A stretch of DNA of 64,000 nucleotides, taken from the NCBI GenBank assembly GCA_963724095.1, contig CAVRTH010000001.1, positions 66,754 to 130,753 of the forward strand, written 5' to 3'. A program made the position numbers and the translations under genes. A model generated the notes under the pieces. It was not told the origin of the DNA. It saw nothing but the letters and a program-made list of their open reading frames with translations, and did not search any database. Below, one piece after another: positions 1 to 8,688 of this stretch; the first letter of the stretch is position 1, and each line of letters starts with the position of its first letter. This DNA comes from an uncultured Chloroflexia bacterium. Lineage in GTDB: Bacteria; Chloroflexota; Limnocylindria; Limnocylindrales; CSP1-4.

Positions 1-3000
1 AGATCTGCGTCTACAACGAGATGCTCAGCGCCATCCAGGGCCGCTACCCGGAGCACATGTACGTGGCCCTGGGCGGGGTGGACAAGGAGACCGCGCGCTT
101 CCGGACCGCTGACTTCCGAGCCTACTTCCGTGCTGTCAGGGCCCGCTTCCTCGACGTCGTCGGCGCGCCGCCCCCGGGCTCCTACCCTCCCCCGCCACCG
201 TCGTATCCGGAACCGACCGAGCACTGCGGTGTCTGCAGCTGGGATGAGATCTGCAGCAAGCGCCGCCGGGCGGACGACCACCTCTCGCTGGTGGCCAACA
301 TCACCTCGCGCACGCGCGGCGCCCTGGTGGATCGCGCCATCGACACGCGCCGAGCGCTGGCCGGCCTCGAGCTGCCACTGGATCCCCGCCTGGAGGGAAC
401 ACGGCCGGAGGTGCTGGAGCGCGTCCACGAACAGGCTCGCCTCCAGGTGCAAGGTGAGGACGAGGGTCGCCACATCCACGAGCTGCTGGAGCCCTATCGA
501 ACCGACGGACGGCGAGCTCGACACGACCAAGGGCCTGCTGGCGCTGCCGCCGCCCAGCCCGGGCGACCTCTATCTGGACCTGGAGGGTGACCCCTTTTCG
601 GGCGAGGACGGCATGGACTACCTCTTCGGCCTGCTCGAGCCAGCTCGGCGGGATGCCGTGGGTGACCCGCTATTCCACGCCTTCTGGAGTCGCGATGACG
701 AGGGTCGGGTGACCGAGGCTGCGGAGAAGGCCGCATTCGAGGCCACCATCGACAAGATCATCGCCTGCCTGGATGCGGATCCGGGCCTGCACGTCTACCA
801 CTACGCGTCCTATGAACCCAGTCACCTGGGCAAGCTCATGGGCCGCTACAACACCCGCCAGGACGAGGTCGACCGACTCTTCCGCGGCGACGTGCTCGTG
901 GACCTCTACCGGGTCGTGCGACAGGGTATCCGCGCGTCCGTCGAGAGCTACTCCATCAAGAAGCTGGAGCCCTTCTACGGTTTCGAGCGCGAGATCGAGC
1001 TGCGCGATGCGGGCTCATCGATCGTGGAGTTCGAGCACTGGCTGCAGCTGGGCGGGATCGGTGGCGTGGGCGAGGAGATCCTCGACCAGATCGACCGCCT
1101 ACAACCGGGACGACGTAGTCTCCACCCTGGAGCTACATCGCTGGCTGGAGACGCAGCGCGCCGCACTCGGGGAACGGCTGGGACAGGAGCTGCCGCGGCC
1201 GCAGGCCCGGGACGGCGAGGCGGAAGAGGGCTTGTCGGCCTGGCTGCAGCGCGTCCGGGAGGTCGCCGAACCGCTGACCGCGGGCATCCCCCTCGATGAG
1301 AGCGAGCGCGACTGGACGCCACAGGAACGCGGTCGGCTCCTGCTGGCCAACCTCCTGGGCTGGCATCGGCGCGAGCAGAAGCCCGACTGGTGGCGCTGGT
1401 TCAGTCAGCTGGAGGCGACCGAGGAAGACCTGCTGGAGGCGCGCGAGCCACTGGCTGCCCTGGAGCTGGTGGGCGCGGAGGATGAAGGCGGGCGCACCTT
1501 CCGTTACCGATACCCGGAGCAGGAGTTCGACGTGCACAGTCGGGCCACCGATCCGGTCACGCTCAAGGAGCTGCCCGTCGTCGAGACCGACCTCGATAGG
1601 AACGAGATCGTGCTGCGCTTCCCCGCCCGGCGGGAGATCGAGCATCCGCGCGCGCTCGTGCCCAAGACGGTGGTGCCGTCGCCCGCCCAGGAGCAGCGGC
1701 TGCTGGACATCGGCCAGTGGGTCGTTGACCACGGAAACGACATCGAGAGCGACGGCGAATACCGAGCGGCGCGGGACCTGATCGTGGGCCGGACTCCGCG
1801 TTTGGAGCATCATCCTGAGGGTGAGCCGCTGCGTCTCGTGGGTGAGTCGGCCGGCAAGGCTGCGCGGCGGCTGGTGAAACAGCTGGACCGGACGTGCCTG
1901 GCCATCCAGGGTCCGCCCGGTAGCGGCAAGACCTGGATCGGCGGGCGCATGATCCTGGACCTCGTGGCGCAGGGCAAGACGGTCGGGGTGACCGCCGGCA
2001 GTCACAAGGTCATCGGTAACCTGCTGGACAACGTCGCGATGGCGCAGGCCGAGCATCCTGACTTCAAGGCTCGCGAGGTCGTCATCCGCCAGAAGCCCGG
2101 GGACTCGGGCGAGTGCACCTGCGCCTACGCGGAACCCATCGGCAAGGCAGAGGACGTGGCTGGCGCCCTGGCCGACGGCTCGGCCGACGTCATCGGCGGA
2201 ACCGCCTGGTTGTGGGCCAGCGCCAAGATCCCGACTGAGGCGGTCGATGTCCTCTTCATCGACGAGGCCGGCCAGTTCTCGCTGGCCAACGCCCTTGCCG
2301 TCTCAGCCGTGGCCAAGTCCATCGTGTTGCTGGGTCGATCCGCAGCAGCTGGACCAACCGCTGAAGGGCTCGCATCCCATCGGTGCGGAACGGAGTGCGC
2401 TGGCGCACCTGCTGGGTCGTGAGAACGCGGTCATGCCGCCGGAGCTGGGCCTGTTCATGGACAAGACCTGGCGGCTGCACCCCGACATCTGCAGCTACAC
2501 CTCGGAGGTCTTCTACCAGGACGCTCTCTTCCCGGAGAGCGGCAACGAGAAGCAGGCACTGGCAGGACAGGGCCTGGCCGATGGCGAGGGCATCCGCTTC
2601 ATCGCGGTGGACCATGGGGATGCGCGCAATGACAACCGCTCCATCGAGGAGGCGCGGGTCATCGCCGACCTCGTCGGTGAGCTGCTCGACGGCCGCGCGA
2701 CGTGGCTGGACCGTGAAGCTCGTGAAGGCGCCCATCAGGCCCCATGACATCCTCGTCATCACGCCCTACAACGCGCAGCGGACGCTCATCGGGACGGAGC
2801 TGCGGCAAGCGGGGGCCGGCCTGCGCGCAGGTACCGGTGGGTACGGTGGACAAGTTCCAGGGCCAGCAGGCGCCGGTCTCGATCTACTCGATGGCCACGT
2901 CTCGGCCGGAGGATGCCCCGCGCGGGATGGAGTTCCTGTACTCGCTCAACCGGCTCAACGTCGCTACGTCGCGTGCGCGCTGCCTGACGCTGGTGGTGGC

Positions 3001-3109
3001 CTCGCCGGAACTCATCGAGGTGCAGGCCAAATCGCCGCGCCAGATGATGCTGGCCAACGCGCTGTGCCGATTGCACGAGGTGGCGAGGGTGCAATCTGAT
3101 GCCGGGTGA
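1..3109 (+). pseudogene. Cas4/RecB-like nuclease + RNase H-like exonuclease + SF1 (DNA2/Upf1-type) helicase; 5' end lies outside the window; at least 5 frameshifts
   Basis: There is no stop upstream of nt 1 (frame 3 reads ..ICVYNEMLSAIQGRY). Motifs: Cys cluster HCGVCSWDEIC plus DDHLSLVANI (TM0106-type RecB nuclease end); DLYLDLEGDPF..DYLFG (RNase H-like exonuclease); Walker A GPPGSGKT (1909-1932); DEAGQ; VLLGDPQQL; TPYNAQ; TVDKFQGQQAPV; ATSRAR. Homology runs through track ORFs 21..590 > 130..1299 > 773..2422 > 2247..2747 > 2383..3099 > 2744..3109, shifting +1 near ~495, ~1099, ~2336, ~2720 and ~2825. Confidence 0.8.
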
Positions 3110-4013
3110 ACTTGTCATGCGCGAGAATGGCGACGATGCACAGATGAACGAGCATGGACTGCGGGGAACACGCGGAGCAGCATGGACCAGCCTTGAAATC
3201 GAGGCGACGGTTGCGGCATATGAAGACATGTTGCGCAAGGAACTCCGTGGAGTGCGATATGCGAAGGCCGATGTAGTCCGTGACTTGATGAAGCTGATGC
3301 CCGAGAGGACGCGGGGAGCCATCGAGCTGAAGCTCCAGAACGTTTCGCGCGATCCGGGCTGAGCTGGCTTGCCCTGGATCGATGGATACAAACCGATGGC
3401 GCACTACCAGAGTGCGTTGCGTGATGCGGTAGTCGCCCGCGCGGACCCACGGGAACGCATCAACGAGGCCATCGCCGAGTTCGGCGAGGCACCTGTCGTC
3501 GGCGCGCATGGAATCCCTCGATCGACGTCAGATGTCCTGGTACCGCCACCAAGTGCTTCGCGCGCACGCACAGCGGCCGGACGTCGGTTTCGATGCACCG
3601 GAACCGCTCACGATGCCATTCGCGACCTCCGCCGGCACCAGTTAGGTACCGCAGGTGAGGAATGGGTAACGGAACTTGAGAGAGAGCAGCTATCGAGGGC
3701 CGGACGGTCGGACCTCGCCGATTTGGTTCGCTGGGTAGCGCGCGACGATGGGGATGGAGCCGGGTACGACATCCTCAGCTTCTCGGAAGCTGGCACTCAG
3801 CGACTCATCGAGGTCAAGACCACCAACTACGGTCCGTTGACCCCGTTCTACATCACGAGGTGGGAAGTGGAGGTGTCACAGACACATCGAGACTCATACT
3901 CGCTCTACCGTGTGCACGGCTTCGCACGTGATCCGCGCATCTACGTCCTTGATGGAGCCATGGACGAGGCTGCTCGGCTCGAACCGAGCGTGTTTCTGGG
4001 GCTGCCAAGGTGA
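3099..4013 (+). pseudogene. DUF3883 (NO VEIN C-terminal-like) PD-(D/E)xK nuclease-fold protein, interrupted by an in-frame TGA
   Basis: Track ORFs 3099..3362 and 3369..4013 share one frame and are separated only by TGA at 3360-3362. The N part has W..LEIEATVAAYEDMLRKEL.G..Y.K...R..GAIELKLQNVS. The C part has GYDILSF..RLIEVKTT..YSLYRV (D...E-x-K core). Reading 3349-3366 in the +1 frame gives AIRAEL, bridging NVS to LPWIDGYKP. Confidence 0.65.
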
Positions 4014-4034
4014 AGTCGGACAGAGGTCGGTCGG

Positions 4035-5318
4035 GTGAGCGAGACGGCGGCTCCCCGCGTCGTGGAGCTCTTTGCTGGCGTGGGTGGCTTCCGCATCGGG
4101 CTGGAGAAGTCTGGTTGGGAGACCGTCTGGTCGAATCAGTGGGAGCCGAGCACCAAGACCCAGCATGCATTCGACTGCTACGTGGAGCGGTTCGGCGGCG
4201 ACGGAGCCGTATGCGAGGACATCCACGAGGTCATGAATCAGGCGGAGGCAGGGAGGCGGGCCATCCCGGACCACGAGCTTCTCGTGGGTGGCTTCCCATG
4301 TCAGGACTATTCGGTCGCGAGAACTGCCAACCAGGCGGCTGGTCTCGTGGGCAAGAAGGGCGTGCTTTGGTGGGAAATCCACCGCCTCCTGACGATGAAG
4401 CGACCGCCCTACCTGTTCCTTGAGAACGTCGATCGTTTGCTGAAGTCACCGACCAGCCAGCGTGGACGCGACTTCGGGGTGATGCTGGCGACCCTGGCGA
4501 ATCTTGGCTATGAAGTCGAATGGCGAGTGGTCAACGCCGCGGACTACGGCTTCCCGCAGAAGAGACGGCGGGTGTTGCTTGTTGGCCGCTACGTCGGTTC
4601 GATCGATCGCGACCCGAACGAGGCCATCTACGAGGGACCGCTTGCGCGCGCCCTGCCCGTCAGAGAGGGCCCTGTCCTGTCGTCCTCGCCGACCTTCACC
4701 GTCGACGGCAATCCTGCCGACGTATCCGAGACGTTCGGCGCCACCAAGGGTGCCTCTCCGTTCCGAAACGCCGGCTACATGTCACAGCGTCGCGTCTGGA
4801 CCCTGGACCTGGAGCCCGCGTGGGATGGCGAGGTCGTGACACTCGGAGACATCCTGGAGCGGACTGATGATGTCCCAGAGCAGTACTTCGTCACGGCCGA
4901 TGAGCTCCCACGGTGGGAGTACCTGAAGGGCGCCAAGCGGGAGCAGCGCTATCACAAGGGCTCCGGCACGCCCTACTTCTATGTCGAGGGACCGATCCCG
5001 TATCCGGACCGCACCGACTGGCCCGCGAGGACCATCCTGACGGGCGAAGGGGGCCGCACACCATCGCGCTTCAAGCACCTCATCCAGGTCGAGGACGGCC
5101 GCTATCGCCGTCTTACCCCTCGAGAGCTGGAGCGCCTGAACGGGTTCCCCGATGACTGGACTGACACGGGCATGCCTGAGGGGCGACGTGCATTCATGAT
5201 GGGAAACGCGCTCGTGGTCGGGCTGATCGAGCGTGTCGGGGCCGAGTTGATGAGCGAACTCCGAGCGACGCACGGGTTCAACCGCCCTCCGGGAGATCCA
5301 GAGTCGGCCGTTTCCTAG
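4035..5318 (+). CDS. dcm: DNA (cytosine-5)-methyltransferase
   Basis: Uninterrupted 427-aa ORF with a GTG start. C5-MTase motifs are in canonical order: ELFAGVGGF (I), GGFPCQDYS (IV), LFLENV (VI), QKRRRV (VIII), GNALVV (X), with a long variable region between VIII and IX. Confidence 0.93.
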   Translation: MSETAAPRVVELFAGVGGFRIGLEKSGWETVWSNQWEPSTKTQHAFDCYVERFGGDGAVCEDIHEVMNQAEAGRRAIPDHELLVGGFPCQDYSVARTANQAAGLVGKKGVLWWEIHRLLTMKRPPYLFLENVDRLLKSPTSQRGRDFGVMLATLANLGYEVEWRVVNAADYGFPQKRRRVLLVGRYVGSIDRDPNEAIYEGPLARALPVREGPVLSSSPTFTVDGNPADVSETFGATKGASPFRNAGYMSQRRVWTLDLEPAWDGEVVTLGDILERTDDVPEQYFVTADELPRWEYLKGAKREQRYHKGSGTPYFYVEGPIPYPDRTDWPARTILTGEGGRTPSRFKHLIQVEDGRYRRLTPRELERLNGFPDDWTDTGMPEGRRAFMMGNALVVGLIERVGAELMSELRATHGFNRPPGDPESAVS

Positions 5319-5909
5319 GCTCGCGTTCCCGAACGTGTCCCACCGAAGGCATCGGTGGGTGTCCACCCCTCGGTGCTCAACCCAATCAAGAGCAGCGGCA
5401 CCGGAAGGATCGGCTTCATCTCGCGCAACCAAGCTTTGAAAGCATCGAAGGTCCCAACCGCAGAGTCCATCCTCGACCAAGCTTTCAGCGACTCGGTCGC
5501 GGTGATCGACGACGCCGACGTGGATACGAGACGACTCGATCACTCGTTCCGACTCACCGGCGATATTGAGGCGAGTGAACTGCCAGGGGATAGCCTCAGC
5601 ATGATTGAACGAGACCTCGACTCCCACGTTTGCGCGAAGGAAGTCCATCTTCCATTTGCGGAGCTCCGGACTCGTGAAGAGCCGGGGCTGGTGAGTCCAT
5701 GCCGGTTCTGGAAGCAGATCCTCAAACAAGGCGTTCAGGGCGGTTTGGCCTCCCCTCGGTGTCCGTCCCCTTGACGCAAGTTGGGTCTGCTTGTCGATGA
5801 CCATCGATCGGTCGATCGCTTCGATCGCGTCCCGGATGTCCAGCCATGCCGTGTGATCACGAAGGAACGCTGCCGCGTGCCGGAAGTCCTCGATCACGTA
5901 TTCCATCAT
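5315..5909 (-). pseudogene. Type II restriction endonuclease, BglII-like fold, with one +1 frameshift
   Basis: The N part of track ORF 4782..5909 reads ..WKMDFLRANVGVEVSFNHAEAIPW..SSRIHVGVV (D-x8-E-x-S, compare BglII D-x8-E-V-Q). After ~5507 the conserved reading continues in the next frame: ITATESLKAWSRMDSAVGTFDAFKAWLREMKPILPVPLLLIGL, ending at a TAG at 5315-5317. The span is 595 nt (3n+1). The annotated ORF otherwise runs antisense through dcm. An RBS GGGAGG (5912-5917) favours the second Met (5906) as the start. Confidence 0.7.
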
Positions 5910-5917
5910 CGCCTCCC

Positions 5918-5955
5918 GTTCGATACGAGCCTACGCTCCCCGCTCTGTTCGATAC
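5918..5955. promoter_or_regulatory. Direct repeat GTTCGATAC x2 in the divergent endonuclease/vsr intergenic region
   Basis: Exact 9-mers at 5918-5926 and 5947-5955 (29-bp period) lie within the 54-bp gap between the endonuclease start (5909, minus strand) and the vsr start (5964, plus strand). Confidence 0.35.
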
Positions 5956-5963
5956 TTGTGGAG

Positions 5964-6401
5964 ATGCCCGGCCTGCAGCTACCCAATCCGCCTGCTTCGT
6001 CACAAGCCGTACGTGCCGTAATGAAGGCGAATCGGGCCAAGAACACCAGGCCCGAGCGAACGCTTCGCTACGCGCTGCGGGCAGCGGGCTACCCCGGGTA
6101 TCGGCTGAACTGGAAGCGAGCGCCCGGTCGGCCGGACATCTCGTATCCCGGTCGGCAGGTGGCCGTCTTCGTGCACGGCTGCTATTGGCACCACTGTCCG
6201 CGCTGCCACCCAAACCTGCCCAAGTCGAACCCGGAGTTCTGGGCGCGCAAGTTCGAGTTGAACCGCGAGCGTGATGCCCGCAAGCGACGACAGCTCGAGG
6301 ACGCCGACTGGCGAGTCTTCGAGATCTGGGAGTGCGACATCCGCGACCGACTGAGCGGCGTGGTCGTGGAGATCGCAACGACGCTCCAGGACCGCGCCTA
6401 A
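5964..6401 (+). CDS. vsr: Very short patch repair endonuclease
   Basis: MPGLQLPNP..RPERTLRYALRAAGYPGYRLNWK..RPDISYPGRQVAVFVHGCYWHHCPRCH..FWARKFELNRERD matches the Vsr family throughout. The start was chosen at the ATG at 5964; the upstream part of track ORF 5781.. shows no homology. Confidence 0.9.
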   Translation: MPGLQLPNPPASSQAVRAVMKANRAKNTRPERTLRYALRAAGYPGYRLNWKRAPGRPDISYPGRQVAVFVHGCYWHHCPRCHPNLPKSNPEFWARKFELNRERDARKRRQLEDADWRVFEIWECDIRDRLSGVVVEIATTLQDRA

Positions 6402-7555
6402 CCCGCCCCCATTCCGCGGGCCCGCCGCGCCCGCTCCACCGGCACGGTCAGCAGCAGCACACCGGCAACGACCGCCGGCACCAGCAGCCAGGCCGTGCTG
6501 ATGTCGCTCACGTCCGCGACCACCCCCAGCAGCAGCGGCGCCACCAGGATGGCCAAGCCCGCCGCCAGCACCAGGCGAGCGGACGCCGCAGCCGGCCGAT
6601 CGGGCGCCGCCGCCAGCGTGATCGAGGCGCACGGCGGATAGAGGATGCCCACGCCGAAGCCGGCCAACAACATGCCGCCCGCGCTGACTAGGTAGTCGCC
6701 AGACAACCACACCACGACGACCGCCACGAACGTGACCACGATGCCCACGCGGATCACCAGCATCGGGTCGAGCCGGCCCATCGTTCGCACGGACATCACC
6801 GCCCGGCCTGCGATCATGCCCGCGATGAAGGCGGAGATCGTCAGCGTCGCGTCGGCCAGCGAGACGCCCGTCCGCGACTCCACCAGCGTGCCACCCCAGA
6901 CGACCACGAAGAACTCCATGCCGATGACCGACACCGTCAGGAACCAGGGCAGCCAGAAGGCACGCGGCAGCCGGCCCAGCTCGATGTGCATCGCCGCGTC
7001 GGGGCCGCCGGAACGCGCCCAGACGGTCAGCCCAGCCACCAACAGCAGCACCGGCACGATCACGAACTGCCAGTCGAGCCCGAGCGCGATGCCCACCCCG
7101 ATGGCCACCGGCGCCATCAGCTGCGCCGCCTTGGCGACGAAGGCCGAGCGCGTCAGCTGCACCCGCGCCACAGCGCCCCCACCGCGCCCCAGCGTCTGGT
7201 TGACGTGCCCGAACATCGTCCCCGCGCCGAGCCCGATGCCAAGCGACGCAAGCAGCGTCAGCGTCAGCACCGGCGCGAGCGCCAGCACCACCAGTGATAC
7301 GGCCAGGAGCCCCATCGCAAGGTAGTGCGCCCGGTGAACCCCCAGCCAGCGATCGAACCGTTCCCCTGCCAGGCCGGCCACGATCATCCCGGCCGCCATC
7401 GCGGACGAGTGCAGCCCCGCCTGCGTCTCCGACAGGCTCAGGGTGACAGCGATGAATGCGGTCGCGGCACCCACCACGTAGAAGGCATAGCTGATGGCCG
7501 CCTGGTTCACATAGGCGCGCCGAACCTGTGGTGTGGGCGCATGGCTTGAGGTCAC
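6398..7555 (-). CDS. MFS transporter
   Basis: 385-aa polytopic hydrophobic protein with about 12 predicted helices and an MFS-like loop between helices 2 and 3 (GERFDRWLG). It converges on vsr with a 4-nt overlap. Confidence 0.8.
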   Translation of the reverse strand: MTSSHAPTPQVRRAYVNQAAISYAFYVVGAATAFIAVTLSLSETQAGLHSSAMAAGMIVAGLAGERFDRWLGVHRAHYLAMGLLAVSLVVLALAPVLTLTLLASLGIGLGAGTMFGHVNQTLGRGGGAVARVQLTRSAFVAKAAQLMAPVAIGVGIALGLDWQFVIVPVLLLVAGLTVWARSGGPDAAMHIELGRLPRAFWLPWFLTVSVIGMEFFVVVWGGTLVESRTGVSLADATLTISAFIAGMIAGRAVMSVRTMGRLDPMLVIRVGIVVTFVAVVVVWLSGDYLVSAGGMLLAGFGVGILYPPCASITLAAAPDRPAAASARLVLAAGLAILVAPLLLGVVADVSDISTAWLLVPAVVAGVLLLTVPVERARRARGMGAG

Positions 7556-7653
7556 ACCCTGATGCTACCGGCCCGCCGCCGATGGGCAGGGCCACAAGCC
7601 CCCGATAAGCGAGCGAAGAGCCACCGCCAAGTGCCACTCGCCAGGGTGGCGCC

Positions 7654-8310
7654 ATGAGAACCATCGACGACCCCCTGGTCAGCACAGCCCCGGTCGACGA
7701 GGTGGTCAGGGCCATCGAGTCGCTCGACCTCAGCGCTCCCTGGAGGGAGGTGGCGCCCAACCTGCGCATCGCTCTTCCCCGCCGCCGGGCACTGCCCGTC
7801 GATCCGGACGAGCTCCCGGCACGTGACTTCTCGCCGGGCATCCGCGCAGTCCTGGGCCTCGACATCGGCCCCGCCATGCTCTTCGTCAGCTACGAGCAGC
7901 TGAAGGGCTGGGGCGTCTCGACCGAGCGCGCCTTCGAGCAGGCCCTCGCCAACGTCCAGGCACGAGTGGCAGCGCGGGAGCAGTTCGCCCTCATCTGCGA
8001 ACGCATCGCGGACGTGCCCACGATCGCCTTCCAGTCGCGGGAGGGATGGGCCTCAACGCTGCTGCTTCTTCCCGACGAATTGGTGCGCGTCCTGGGCCGT
8101 TGCAACGGCCTCGTGCTGGCACCCATGCGCGACCTCATCCTGTGTCTGCCACTGGACGTGGAGCGCGAGTTCGCCCGCTACCTGCTCGAGGAGTTCGCCG
8201 CCGCCGACATGAACGCGCTCGACCTGCCGCCCTTCGCGCTCGTCGATGGCCACCTCAGCCACGCGGTCGGCGTGCCCAGGTCGCTGCGGAGGACCACGCC
8301 CGTCAACTAG
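7654..8310 (+). CDS. Hypothetical protein
   Basis: 218-aa ORF with normal codon and amino-acid composition. No motif recognised. Confidence 0.6.
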   Translation: MRTIDDPLVSTAPVDEVVRAIESLDLSAPWREVAPNLRIALPRRRALPVDPDELPARDFSPGIRAVLGLDIGPAMLFVSYEQLKGWGVSTERAFEQALANVQARVAAREQFALICERIADVPTIAFQSREGWASTLLLLPDELVRVLGRCNGLVLAPMRDLILCLPLDVEREFARYLLEEFAAADMNALDLPPFALVDGHLSHAVGVPRSLRRTTPVN

Positions 8311-8315
8311 TGGCG

Positions 8316-8335
8316 ATATAGCATCGATGCTATAT
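8316..8335. promoter_or_regulatory. Perfect 20-bp palindrome (candidate TA operator) overlapping a -10-like TATATT
   Basis: ATATAGCATC|GATGCTATAT at 8316-8335 lies 15 nt upstream of the toxin ATG (8350). It is the only AT-rich patch in the local sequence. Confidence 0.6.
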
Positions 8336-8349
8336 TCCACATCGTCGGC

Positions 8350-8688
8350 ATGACCCGACACGGCTACGACGTCCGCGTGGCACCGGAGGTGCTTGAGCAA
8401 GTCGAGCGAAGCCGCGACTCCCGTGAACTGGTGAGGTTCTTCGACGCGCTCGATCGGTTGTCAAGACAGGGCACACGCGCACCAGACGCGAAGAAGCTCG
8501 TGTCACTCGACCTCTGGGAGGTCCGGTACGGGGACTCGCGTGCGTTCTTCTGTCTTGTTCCGGGCACGAGGATGCTCGCGGTCGGGGCCGTGCTGGTCAA
8601 GAAGTCCCGCAGACTGAGGATGTCGCGGCTGCGAGCAGCGGAGCGGTCGGTGCATCGATGGCGCCGGCGATTGGAGGAGACAGGATGA
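8350..8688 (+). CDS. RelE/ParE-superfamily toxin (HigB/Gp49-like)
   Basis: 112 aa with ..LWEVRYGDSRAFFCLVPGTRMLAVGAVLVKKS.. The toxin-first gene order and an ATGA overlap with the following HTH gene match HigBA-type modules. Confidence 0.75.
   Translation: MTRHGYDVRVAPEVLEQVERSRDSRELVRFFDALDRLSRQGTRAPDAKKLVSLDLWEVRYGDSRAFFCLVPGTRMLAVGAVLVKKSRRLRMSRLRAAERSVHRWRRRLEETG

Noticed and set aside
1-6. The window begins with AGATCT (the BglII site) and the island encodes a BglII-fold nuclease.
   Set aside because: A single hexamer occurrence at the window edge carries no statistical weight. The fold family does not imply the same specificity.
3360-3362. The in-frame TGA in the DUF3883 gene as selenocysteine or programmed read-through.
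   Set aside because: No SECIS-like hairpin is evident immediately downstream. The homologous position is not Cys in the family pattern I recall. A +1-frame reading of the surrounding 20 nt restores a conserved-looking sequence, which favours indels.
6000-7877. 625-aa ORF in the track, plus similar very long ORFs at 17786..19015(-), 22509..24038(-), 40981..42267(-), 43406..44509(-), 46996..48798(+) and 52864..54432(+).
   Set aside because: Each lies antisense to, or out of frame with, a gene that has strong family motifs. Their products are Arg/Gly/Ala/Pro-rich low-complexity sequence with no motifs. This is typical of stop-codon-poor shadow frames in high-GC DNA.
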